A stretch of DNA of 64,000 nt from Scyliorhinus canicula. Taxonomy: Eukaryota. The notes below the pieces were generated by a model. That model searched no databases. It was not told the origin of the DNA and saw only the letters and a list, made by a program, of their open reading frames with translations. Below, in pieces: positions 24,456-35,579 of the stretch; within the stretch, counting starts at the first letter, position 1; each line of letters opens with the position of its first letter. The stretch lies in NCBI RefSeq assembly GCF_902713615.1, contig NC_052149.1, forward strand, positions 219,025,623 to 219,089,622, given 5' to 3'. Position numbers and translations under genes: made by a program.

Positions 24456-25207
24456 CCTCACTGTCAAAAATGTGTTCTGAATTTAATATTTCCTTTTTTT
24501 AAAATCAATTTTTTTAATGTACCTATTTAGAAAAGGGAGTGCCATTGCTCGACTTGGTTTATCTTATTGTTCTAATGAAGAGATTTGAGACAAATTAGAT
24601 ACAGAAAAAGAAAAAGGGAAATAAAGATTGGATTGGAAGAGGAAGAGACAAATGAACATTAAGAGACTTTAAAAAATAATTTGATAAGCCTCTCAGGACA
24701 AATTAATGCTCAGGAGTAAGACTCCAGTCTTAATGGTTATCTTTCTGAATTTCCCCAGTTGAGTGGCATGCCAGGACTATTAATCACCCATTTAACAGGG
24801 TTCTTACAATGTGAAATAGTTGTGCTAACCCCAAGTGGCATGTCTGATTATGTTTTTACAATATTCATTGTATTTACAGTACCGATTCAGCAACCCCTTG
24901 AAATTCAAGGGGAGGGCGACAACAAGATCTTGTTTTTGCAAGGCCAACAGTGGTGCATTTTAAATTGTCCAGCAATGTGTAACAGTTCAAAACTCATGGC
25001 AAATTTCTTTCACAACACAAATTCCTGGATTATTTACACACCAATAATGGTGTGCTTCATGAACCTGTCCTTACTTTGCCAGCAAATTTTGGGTCATTAA
25101 GTTCTTCACACACTTCAACAGCTTGTCTTCTGCACTGTTCTTCTCAAAGTCCAGTGATACTCTCTAGGAGCAACTTGGTCACCACTTTGCAGGTTGTCGA
25201 ATCTTCG

Positions 25208-25291
25208 TTACTTTCCCAAATTTGAGAAATCTGGACCTCCACCAGCATAGTTTCCAGAAATGTCAGCCCCACTAAAGTCAAAGCCAGGATG
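25208..25291 (-). CDS. NUDCD2: NudC domain-containing protein 2, last coding exon
   Basis: tag|HPGFDFSGADISGNYAGGGPDFSNLGK* (TAA); matches the NUDCD2 C-terminus PGFDFSGAEISGNY.KGGPDFS. Confidence 0.94.
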   Translation of the reverse strand, partial: HPGFDFSGADISGNYAGGGPDFSNLGK

Positions 25292-25786
25292 CTATTTGGA
25301 GGAAAGTGAAAGCCCATTATAACGATTATGTTTCTAAATGTTTATGATTTTCTAACAAGAGTAGCCTTCGTAATTTCCAATGTGACATCCAGAGACATCT
25401 TACATTTTATGTCACAAGGAAAAAGCTTAGCCTGCTGTAAAATATCAATTCATAGCAGGAATAATGGGTTTCTCAGCTTTGGTGGGATCATGAGGGTACG
25501 GTTGGGCATGGGATGTCAAGAGTTGGAAAGTAAAGCAAAATTCAAGCTTTGTGATCTCTTTCATCATTTGCCTTGCTATATTGTTGCTACATTTCATCCT
25601 CAATATCAAAGATTCCAGTTCCACAAGACATTTATTTGTGTCTCAAAGTTATCCCCTTCATGTTTCTGAAATACCACATCTGCAGCCACTTCCACTTGTC
25701 TGCCTCATACCCTCCCACTCATTGTCAGTTTATCCTCTGTCTCTCACATTGCCCATCTCAAAATGTCCCCATTTTGGTAAGGTAAT

Positions 25787-26205
25787 TGTAATGATATGTA
25801 CAGCGCCAGTGTAGTAAAAGGTTAACATCTGAAACTATGTGTAAATCAAACATTAGATGGCGTTACTAATTCATTGTATATACGTCAACATCTCCAGGAA
25901 TTCTGGGAGAAGATGATGAGAAGCTGATGAGAGTAGAGTGAGATTTCATTGTAGAGATATAGCACAAGGTCAAGTTATAGTGTAGTTTAATAGTTAGAGA
26001 GAATATTGATTACTGTAATACAGATTCAGTACCATTATTTTATTATCTGTTGCACAGTAAAGTTACACATCAAGTTAAGTCGTGGAAATATAACATGCTA
26101 TCAGTGATGTAAAATAAATTAGTTTTGATTTATACATCTTAGTTTATATTCTTTGTCAACACTACATATCTGGCTATCTTGGAGAACAAGACAAGGAATA
26201 TGACA
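25787..26205 (+). mobile_element. Probable solo LTR in the last NUDCD2 intron
   Basis: tgtaat...atgaca termini; flanks gtaat / gtaaa (imperfect 5-bp TSD); internal AATAAA near 26113. Confidence 0.5.
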
Positions 26206-26379
26206 GTAAATTCTCCCTTTTCCCACCTTCTCTATGCTCTGCCTGGCTGAAAAGGACAATTAAGTGATTACTACATGTCTGGCTAACTTGGAGAACAAGA
26301 CGAGGAATATAACAGTAACTTCTCACTTTTCCCACCTTCTCCACGCTCTGCCTGGCTGGAAAGGACAATTAAGAGATCA
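26162..26379. repeat. Two-copy tandem duplication, 109-bp unit
   Basis: ctacat.tctggcta.cttggagaacaagac.aggaatat.acagtaa...aggacaattaag starts at both 26162 and 26271. Confidence 0.9.
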
Positions 26380-27373
26380 ATTTTGAAACCTTCTGATTAC
26401 TTCAGAGTAATCCTGCTCCCCTGTTCTACATTGCCGAATTTTTCCCCTCTCCATGGCACTGTCATTTTTCTTAGAGAATAGTACATAACATAAGATAATC
26501 CACAGAAGAGAATAAAGTGGGTAAAGTGGGAATACCACAGACCACCTCTGGTATTGCAGTCACGTGGCGGATCTTCACTTTCAAAGTGTTGTCATTGTTC
26601 GTAGGCTATTGGCCACAGCGAACAAGGCAGCCACTTCAGCAGTTTAAGTACTTTAATACTTTAAACGCTTAGTATTGTGCCTTATTCCCAAAAAATAAAG
26701 AATAATTTTCACTCTTCAGTGCACTTCCAGGAGAATTGCAGAAGTCAAATCATGCTGCATGGATTACGAGGGCACAGCAACAGAATAAATAGTTGTGATT
26801 AGTGAAATTTTTAAAATTGCAAAAACAGTTTGACCGATTGTTAAGCTGCTGTCATTTCTAACTAGTTACTTCTCTCGCTAACTTGCCTGCTTTATGACTT
26901 TGTCTCATCAGGTTTAAGATCCTAGACAATAGAAGAGATCCAGTTGTAATCTGCTAATAATACCCAACTAGAGATATTTCTTTTAAAGGGTACTGAAGAG
27001 TTCAATTATTTTGTGTTTGATTATGTGAGTCTATTGACTACTGATGTTGACTGTGCTCGATTGGTTAAGTGGATTCAGAGTAAAATAAACAAAGTTATAA
27101 AAGAGCATGGAAACTAGAGGTATGAGGTAGATATTTTTAAGCACTGTGAATAAAACATGTTACAATCAGAAGATCATAAGATATGTGAGCAGAATCAGGC
27201 AATTCAGCCCATCAAGTAAGCTCCACCATTCAATCATGGCTAATATGTCTCTCATCCCCATTCTCCTGCCTTCTCCCCATGATCCCTCATCCCCTTATAA
27301 ATCCCCGAATAGAAACGAGTGCAACCTCTGCATATATTCAAGATACAAATATACAACATGTACCACTACTTAC

Positions 27374-27525
27374 CTCCCTTTGGAACCTTTCCAGTGTGAG
27401 TTTCTTTTGCATTTCATCTTTCAGCAAGGGGTCAGCATTATACTGCCCTTTCAGCAATGAAGGCCAGCAATTCCCGGCTTCTCGGTTACTTTTTCTCAGA
27501 ACAATACACACCTGTTTCTTATCCT
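27374..27525 (-). CDS. NUDCD2: NUDCD2 coding exon 3
   Basis: cag|(E)DKKQVCIVLRKSNREAGNCWPSLLKGQYNADPLLKDEMQKKLTLERFQRE|gtaagt, 152 nt. Confidence 0.94.
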
Positions 27526-27731
27526 CTGCCAGAAAACACATTATTTTTTGGAGATGTAAAAAAAGTACAGTTGAAAATTATATTTTTAAATTCCCATATT
27601 TATCTTGTCCTTCAAAATATATTTTGTCTGAAGACAGAGTGGAGGCGTTGTGTACACTCTTGTACTGAAATAGTAAAAACAGAAACAAGGCATAATGAAA
27701 AGTTTGTTAAGATTTTAAGATGGTTCCCTAC

Positions 27732-27780
27732 CTAGTGTCCAGGTTCCTTCATCAGAGACGGTAGAATCGTAGAGTTTCCC
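27732..27780 (-). CDS. NUDCD2: NUDCD2 coding exon 2
   Basis: cag|GKLYDSTVSDEGTWTL|gtaggg, 49 nt. Confidence 0.93.
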
Positions 27781-28572
27781 CTGAAAATCAAGGGAGATTC
27801 ATGCATGACAATACAGCGTGATGCACTCAATCAGTATTTATTTACTAAAAATAACAATTTCTGTACTTTTAATTTTACATGTTGTGTAATTTTAGCTCAA
27901 TGATTAGTTTTGAGTTTGAGGCCTAATTTGGGACTTGAACGCATAATCCACCATTTCAATGCATTGTTCGGAGATTGGTGCCATCTTTCAGTGATAACAC
28001 TTTACAACCGGCATATGAAACATTTTGGGATGTTCAAGAGAACATGAAACACTATGTGAATGCAACTTTTTTCCTGTTATATGCAAGTTAAATAGCACTC
28101 TATAAAGTTTACACACAAGGACTGTAGTAGTCCATGTTGTGCACTTATTCAAACAGTTTCTGTAAAGGATTACTAGATTCCTCTGTAAATGCCTAACCAT
28201 ACAAGGAATCATACTCAATATTTAGTCTGTGTGCTTGCCATCTTTTGCCAAGTCTAACACAGATCAGAGCTCAGGATCAAGGCTGGAGTTACAATTAAAA
28301 TGATTGTGAACGAATATGCTTCTCAAGATGAGATGAGAGGTGAAACAAATACAGTACTTTAAAATAAGAACAGAAGATTTGGAAATACAAAACATGTATG
28401 CCAGGATCTGCAGAGAACGTTTTTTTCTTTAATAGTCTTGTTTTGTTTAAATATCAGGTTGTCAATTTAAAGCTTCATATAGCACCATGCCTTATCTCAA
28501 AAAAAGAACAGGGAGCTAATATGCCAGATCTATTATTGGAAAAGTGAGATAGCAAACCTATTTGAACTATTT

Positions 28573-28926
28573 GGGGCAGCACTGTAGCATGGTGGTTAGC
28601 ATAAATGCTTCACAGCTCCAGGGTCCCAGGTTCGGTTCCCGGCTGGGTCACTGTCTGTGCGGAGTCTGCACGTCCTCCCCGTGTGTGCGTGGGTTTCCTC
28701 CGGGTGCTCCGGTTTCCTCCCATAGTCCAAAGATGTGCAGGTTAGGTGGATTGGCCATGCTAAATTGCCCGTAGTGTCCTAAAAAAAGTAAGGTTAAGGG
28801 GGGGGTTGTTGGGTTACGGGTATAGGGTGGATACGTGGGTTTGAGTAGGGTGATCATTGCTCGGCACAACATCGAGGGCCGAAGGGCCTGTTCTGTGCTG
28901 TACTGTTCTATGTTCTATGTTCTATG
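28573..28926 (+). mobile_element. Young HE1-type V-SINE, type A
   Basis: Full copy ending (gttctat)x3. Confidence 0.87.
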
Positions 28927-29045
28927 AACTGACTCAAATGTGTTCATTTAAAAATGAAATGCACCAACCGGGTTAGATTTTCAAACCAAAATGTATGAGT
29001 CTCATTTGAAGTGTGAGCGACAGGAAGGATAAGGAATCTGTTTAC

Positions 29046-29234
29046 CTTCAGTATATCCTCCCCCTTGACAGACAATGCTATATCCTTACTCCCCAAGCTA
29101 CATTTGATTTCTTTTGCAGATGTTCCAAGTTGAACCTGGACTTCAATGAAAACTTCTTCCATGGTTTGATACCATTCACCCCATGGGGTCTTACAGCGTA
29201 CGGTCCCACTTCTTTCATCAAAATGAACTGACAT
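29046..29234 (-). CDS. NUDCD2: NUDCD2 coding exon 1
   Basis: MSVHFDERSGTVRCKTPWGEWYQTMEEVFIEVQVQLGTSAKEIKCSLGSKDIALSVKGEDILK|gtaaa (CS domain); four exons total 474 nt = 157 aa + stop. Confidence 0.94.
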
Positions 29235-29399
29235 GACTTGAAAAGTAAAGAGAGAGTTAAAATGTTGCAAACTAGGAGATAATTATATGGAACAGGTGCT
29301 AATAATCTTGGTAATATCATCTGAAAATTATGCAGAAACTAACCAATGGCAGCTAATAACTATGTCCAAAATTTAGACCAACTCTGTTTTGATATCTGA

Positions 29400-29883
29400 T
29401 AATAATCTTTATTGTCACAAGTTGGCTTAGATTGCAATGAAGTTACTGTGAAAAGCCCCTAGTTGCCACATTCCGGCGCCTGTTCAGGTACACAAGAGGG
29501 AGAATTCAGAATGTCCAAATTACCAAACAGCACATCTTTTGGGACTTGTGGGAGGAAAGCTTCCTCCCACAGTCCAAAGACGTGCGGCTTAGGTGGATTG
29601 GCCAATATAAATTGCCTGTAGTGACCGAAAACTTTTGGAGGGGTTATTGGGTTACGGGAGTAGGGTGGAAGTGAGGGCTTAAGTGGGTTGGTGCAGACTC
29701 GATGGGCCAAATGGCCTCCTTCTGCACTGTATGTTCTATGAAACCGGAGCACCCAGAGGAAACCCACGCAGACACGGGGAGAATGTGCAGACACCACACA
29801 GACTGTGACCCAGCAGGGAATCGAACCTGGGACCCTGGCGCCTGTGAAGTCACAGTGCTAACCACTGTGCTACCGTGCTGTCC
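29400..29883 (-). mobile_element. Type C SINE interrupted by an oppositely oriented 3' SINE fragment (29561-29740)
   Basis: Host reads ...gggaggaaa|insert|gaaaccggagcac; the insert is the V-domain 3' half plus tail on the plus strand. Confidence 0.8.
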
Positions 29884-31329
29884 TTATTACATACACTCAT
29901 AACATTTGGATTATTCCTTTACCAATTTCTAGCTACAGAAATTAAAACCATGTTGAACATTATTTTGTTATACTGTACAGTCATTCCGTATTTATTAGCT
30001 TCAAAATTGAAGTTAAACCATGACATTTATAGAAAACAATGGTGTGTGGTCCATCCAGCCTGCCCCAAACCTTGTACAGGATTTTCGCTCCGGGATTGGA
30101 AAACCAACGTTGGGACCAGTTTCAAGTCTTTTACCTACACCCCAGGGACATTGGGGGAGGGGGCAATGGGCAGGAAGTAGTCAAATACCTGATATTTTGG
30201 TAGAGGTGGGCTACTAGTTGGCTGGAGGGTGGTCAATTGGATACAGGATGGAAATTAACGCTACATGCAGGATCAATTTAGAAACATAGAAAAGTGGAGC
30301 AGGCGTCGGCCATTCGAGCCTGCTTCTCCATTCATTATGATCATGGCTAAACATCCAACTCAAGAGCCTGTTCCCACCTTCTCCCCATATCCTTTGATCC
30401 CTTTCAGCCCAAGAGCTATCTCTAACTCCTTCTTGAAAACATACAATATTAGGACAGCACAGTAGTGCAGTGGTTAGCACTGCTGCCTCACGGCACCGAG
30501 GTCCCAACTTTTCTGCTGTGTTGTCACCGACAAGCACCTGGTCAGTCTCTGATCCAGCATGCAATTCATGTACCTTTGCCAAATTCCAGAACTTGCTGAC
30601 AATGAGCTTGCTAAAATTAATTGGCCTCATTCCCAAACCTGATTGGTTGCTATATCCCACCTTCTCCTGTCAAGAAGGAAATTGCTGGCGGCAGGAATGG
30701 CGACATGAAAAACGAACACATCAGCTCCAGGTGCTAATTTTCACACCTGCCATGTCTCCGGCCACATTGGGACCTAACACTCCAGACCCTTCTTTGTCAC
30801 AACATTTCACCACCCCACTCAAAATCCGAGTGAGAGGCAAATAAAGATAACAACACAGGCCAATCTTAGGTAGGGTGTTCTTTCAAAGGACCGGTGCACT
30901 CGATGGGCCGAATGGCCTTCTTCTGCACTGTAAATTCTATGAATCTGGGGCTGCAGGAGGGTGGAATCAGCAAAATTCCTCTCTGGTAGATCTAGAAAAT
31001 TGAAAGTAGTCCAGGGAGACAATCCTGGCCTTGAATTCAAGCAGTACTTACCTCCTGTAACATTAATTAATTATCATTATTGAATAGGCGATAAAAATAC
31101 TATCTCCAAGTTCTTCTCCGGTTAATAAATCAATTCACAAATTCTTCTGTCCATGTGCCAGACTCTCAGGGTTAATCCAGGCATTGCCTCTCTGGCCGGA
31201 AGTGAGAATGCCTTCACGACACTGTCATAAAACAGAGCCACCCCCGCCCCCAGGTTACTGCGATGAACGCTAATCAATCAGTAAACAGTAACTACTGACA
31301 TTACTGAACTGCATTTGCCAGGATGAGGA

Positions 31330-31555
31330 CTTCTTACCGGCGAACTTGGGGGTGGGGGGGTGAGTAGAGGAGCCGGACTGTTCGCGAGGCATTCTGGGAT
31401 GTGTAGTCGCGCAGTGTGATCTGGGCCGCGTGATGGCCGGATCGAGCTCGGAGGAAGGAAATACATCTCCCGGCATGCCGCTTGGCGGCGCCGCGCAGGC
31501 GCTTTCGGCGGCGCCCCGGTGTACGCACAGCGAGAGCGAAGCCGGGAGCGTGGAC
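31330..31555. promoter_or_regulatory. CpG-rich bidirectional promoter shared by NUDCD2 (minus) and LARS1 (plus)
   Basis: High CpG density; two ZNF143/SBS-like motifs in opposite orientation (minus strand gactacacatcccagaatgc at about 31389-31408; plus strand aatacatctcccggcatgc at about 31460-31478); minus-strand donors at 31337 and 31051. Confidence 0.75.
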
Positions 31556-31561
31556 ATGGCG
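31556..31561 (+). CDS. LARS1: Cytoplasmic leucyl-tRNA synthetase, coding exon 1 (MA)
   Basis: gacATGGCG|gtgagt in the CpG island; joins exon 2 to give MAERKGTAKVD. Confidence 0.85.
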
Positions 31562-31819
31562 GTGAGTGTTTACCGTCTGGAGTGCCAGTCCGCACTCCCT
31601 CTGCTTCTGCTGTTGTTGTGGTGACAGCCCTTGTCCATTGTTATGACGGGTGCGGGGAATCCCTGCGATGGGATGATATGGAGGCGGAGGGGCGACACGT
31701 GTCAGTGGCTTATTTGTCCCCCCCCCCCCCCCCCAAATAACCGCTCCATTGGAATCAGAGGGACAGCAGCAACTTGGGATATTTTGGGGGGGCTGGAGGA
31801 AGGTTTGGAGCAGAGTTTT

Positions 31820-32620
31820 CCAGGGGTTGTGTATTGGGACCCTTTCTTTTCCAGATAAATGTTAATGACCGAGTGTTAATGGTGTGCGGCTGCCCGGGGG
31901 GGGGCAGATGTTTGCAGATGACACAAAACCTGGAAATGTTGTGAACTGTGAGGAAGACGTGTAGAAGTTCAAAAGGATGTCGGCAATTTGGTGGAGTGGG
32001 CAGATAGGTGGCAGATGAGGTTCAATACAGAGAAGTGTGAGGTGATGCATTTTGGTAGGAAGAACATGGAGAGACTAACATAACGGATAAAATTCTTCAA
32101 GGGGATCTGGGTGCACTTGTGCATAGACCATTGAAGGTGGCAGGATAGGTGGAGAGAGCAGTTAATAAAGCATATAGCATTCTGGGCTTTATTAAAAGGG
32201 GCAGAGAATACAAGAATAGGGAGGTTTTGCAAGAACGGTTCCCAGGGATGCGAAAATTGAGTTATGAGGATAGATTGGGACTGTCCCCCTTTGAGAGAAC
32301 AAGGCTAAGAGAGATTTGATAGCGATGCTCAAAATCCTGAGGGGTTAGACGGAGAAACTGTTACTGCTTGTAAAAGGATCAAGATTTAAAGTCATTTGCA
32401 AATGTTATGTGAGAAAAAACGTTTTCACACGAGTGGTTTAGGTCTGGAATTCACCGCCTGGAAGTATGGTGGAGGCAGGTTCAATTGAGGTATTCAAGAA
32501 GGCATTAGGTGATTATTTGAATAGAAACATTTTATGGGATATGGGGAAAAGTATGGAACTGGCACTAAGTAATAATGTTCAGTTGAGAGCTGGCGCAGAC
32601 ATAATGGGCCAAACGCATTG
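31820..32620 (+). mobile_element. Degraded CR1-type LINE 3' region
   Basis: tttgcagatgacacaaaa (FADDTK) and gagtgggcagataggtggcagatg (EWADRWQM) remnants. Confidence 0.72.
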
Positions 32621-32962
32621 CAACAATTTCTGTGAAATCTCACACCAGAGACTATCCAGTGCGCTACTGAGGGAACGCTGCATTGTTGGAGATGCTGCTC
32701 TGTCAGATGAAATGTTAACCTGTGCCTGTCTGATCTTCTGGGCACATGGAAATAATTTCAATATTCTGAAAAGGAATGGAAGAGCTATCTAACCTCTTCT
32801 CAGATCTTGTTAACCCCTCAATCAATGTCATGAAAGCAGATCACATAGCTTTTTGTGGGAGCTTGCTGTGCACAAGGTCAATGTCATGATTCTTACATTG
32901 CAACACGGATTGTGTTTAAAAAGTACGTCCTTGTCTGTAGACTGCTGTGGGGTGTCCTAGGG

Positions 32963-33402
32963 CAGGGGTGGGCAAACTACGGCCCGCCAAAGGTCTTTAT
33001 GCGGCCCACCAAGATCAAGTCATCAAAAAAAAATTTTTTTTTTTATAAGGTTAATGGGGGGGGGGGGGGGGGGGGGCAGTTGGGTTACTGGTATAGGGTG
33101 GATACGTTGACTTGAGTAGGGTGATCATTGCTCGGCACAACATCGAGGGCCGAAGGGCCTGTTCTGTGCTGTACTGTTCTATGTTCTATATGAGGCGCCC
33201 AGAATCATAACCGGGTGAAGCGCCATTTTTGAAAAGTAGAGAAAAAGAGGGCTAAAGGCAGGATGCCGGCGGGGGAAGCGCTGAGGTATATGCCGCACGC
33301 TAATTGGTTACAAGCGGGACTATTAATTAATATACTATGCGGCCCTTTAAAATTGTGAATTTCTGAATGCGGCCCTTGCACGGAAAAGTTTGCCCACCCC
33401 TG
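32963..33402. mobile_element. hAT (Charlie-like) MITE with perfect 16-bp TIRs and 8-bp TSD, containing a SINE 3' fragment
   Basis: TIRs caggggtgggcaaact / agtttgcccacccctg; TSD tcctaggg at 32955-32962 and 33403-33410; subterminal gcggccc repeats. Confidence 0.9.
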
Positions 33403-35272
33403 TCCTAGGGTTTTGAAAGGCACAATATAAGTTAAATTCCTCTTTAAACAAGATTTCTGAAAGATCTCACTTTAAATTACCCTGGCATTGCTATCTATCT
33501 CCTAGCAAAATACTCCAGAGTGCTTGGTAGAGAGGCCATTATTCCCTTTTCGAGATAAAAGAAAGAAAATATAATATTTTCATATGCATTTGTTATCTTG
33601 ACTCAGTTGATATCGACACCATCAACTTAGTGCACAACTGCAGGTTCACTCTCGGGAGTCGAGCATGTATTCTAGGTTTATACTTCAGTGTAGTAATAAT
33701 GGGGCATTGCATTTGTTAGAGGTGCTGTTACTTCAATAACATGTTTTGGAGTTGAACAGTAAAGATCCGATGGCACTATTTGCAGAACTGCAGGGGTGCT
33801 TTTTGTGTCCTGGCCATCACCCAATGAAAGTTAATGGGTCATTTAGCTAATTATCATTCATAGGAACTATTTTTGTCACAGTGGCTGCAGTGTTTGCCTA
33901 TCTGACTGCACTTTCAACTAACCTGACTGCACTTTCAACTAAACTGGCATATGAAGCACCTTGGAATGTAGAGCAAGGACAGGCCATTTGGCCCTTTGAA
34001 CCTGCTGCACCTTGAAAAAGATCATGGTTGACCTTTGATAGAATCCAAGATTCTATGATCTGAACTTAGTCTCAACTCCACTTTCCTGTCTGCCACATAA
34101 CCCTAAACCACTTGCCTAACAAAAATCTGTCGAACTCACTTTGAATTCAAAACCGTAGTCTCCACAATTTTCTTGGGAAGATAATTCCACAAAATAGCAA
34201 CCCTTTGGGGGAAAAAAAGTTCTTCTCATTACAATTTAAAAATTAAAGTTCTTCCTTTTAAGGCAATGTCCCTCTAGTTTTAATCTTTCCCCCTCTCCCA
34301 CTTTCCCAAGAGGAAATATCCTCTGGGTATCCACCCTGTCAAGTCCCCTCAGGATCTTCTAGGTTTCAATAAGATCAACTCTCATTCTTCTAAACTCCAA
34401 TGGGAATGGCATAAACAGTTCAACCTTTCATCATATGACAACCCCTTCATCCCAGGAATAAGTCCAGTGAACCATTTCCGAACTACTGTATCATGTCTCA
34501 TCTGCCTCATTCTGGAACACATAGAATTACCTTGAAATGGAACAACTAATATGCAGGCAAACAATAACACAAGTGCTGAGGTGCCACGATTGAATGTCTA
34601 GCACCTTATTTTGATGTAATTCTGTTGCAGGCCTTCAGAATGAGTTGGTAAGAGAGGATAAACAGAACGTGGTGATTGTAATGTGGAGAGACTCAAAACA
34701 AAGTCTGGTCATATGGTGTTAAATCACCCAAGGGAATTGGTTCCAAGATATTTTTATATTGTGAAATGTTATCCTGTGCAGAAATTTAAATGAAATTAGT
34801 TTATATTAATACAGTGCTTTTCACAATCTCGGGAAATCCCAAAGTTCTTCATTAACAACTAAAGTACTTTTGATGTGATTGCTGTTGTAGCTTAACGGAT
34901 CAGTCTGTTTGCATACAGCAAGGCCCTACAGACACAGCAATGAGATAAGTTACCAAGTAGCCTCAATTAGCACTTTATTCTCATAACGGTATTCACTGTT
35001 GTTTTCCCTTATATTGGTATTCTTGGATGAGTGCAAAACGAAAAGCTTCGGCATGTCCCTTTTTTCCAGCAATACTCAAGTAGCCTCTTGTTACATTAGT
35101 TTATGGATAAATGTGACCAAAGCACAAGGAGAATCTTCTGACTGCTCCTCGAGTAGTGCCATAGGATCCTTTATATTCACCTTACAGGATAGAGCCTTGT
35201 TGAGAAATCTGTTGTATTGATAATTTGGAAACCTAATAATATTTAATATCTTTTACATTTTCATCTCTACAG

Positions 35273-35394
35273 GAACGCAAGGGAACAGCTAAGGTTGATT
35301 ATCTGAAGAGGATTGAGAAGGACATCTGCAAAAAATGGGAAGAAAATAAGTTATTTGAGATAGATGCTGTTGAGCCAGGGAGTGCCGAGAGTAG
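35273..35394 (+). CDS. LARS1: LARS1 exon 2
   Basis: cag|ERKGTAKVDYLKRIEKDICKKWEENKLFEIDAVEPGSAES|gtaagt. Confidence 0.93.
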
Positions 35395-35579
35395 GTAAGT
35401 TAACACTGATGTAAGTAGGTTGTTTGCATAAGTCACTTACCTAAATTTCATGTCTTTTTCATTTTGGATTCAGGCATGTTTTTTTTTAAAAGGTACTGGT
35501 GGGCATAAGTAATGCTAATCTCATTCTTGATTTTCATTTGTAAAGGATTGATTCAGTCAGATCTGTTTTCCTTTGAACT

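Noticed and set aside
26162-26379. CRISPR-like or satellite array
   Set aside because: Only two adjacent units, no spacers, eukaryotic intron.
31270-31858. Overlapping ORFs in the CpG island
   Set aside because: Expected from high GC content; only the 6-nt LARS1 exon 1 is supported.
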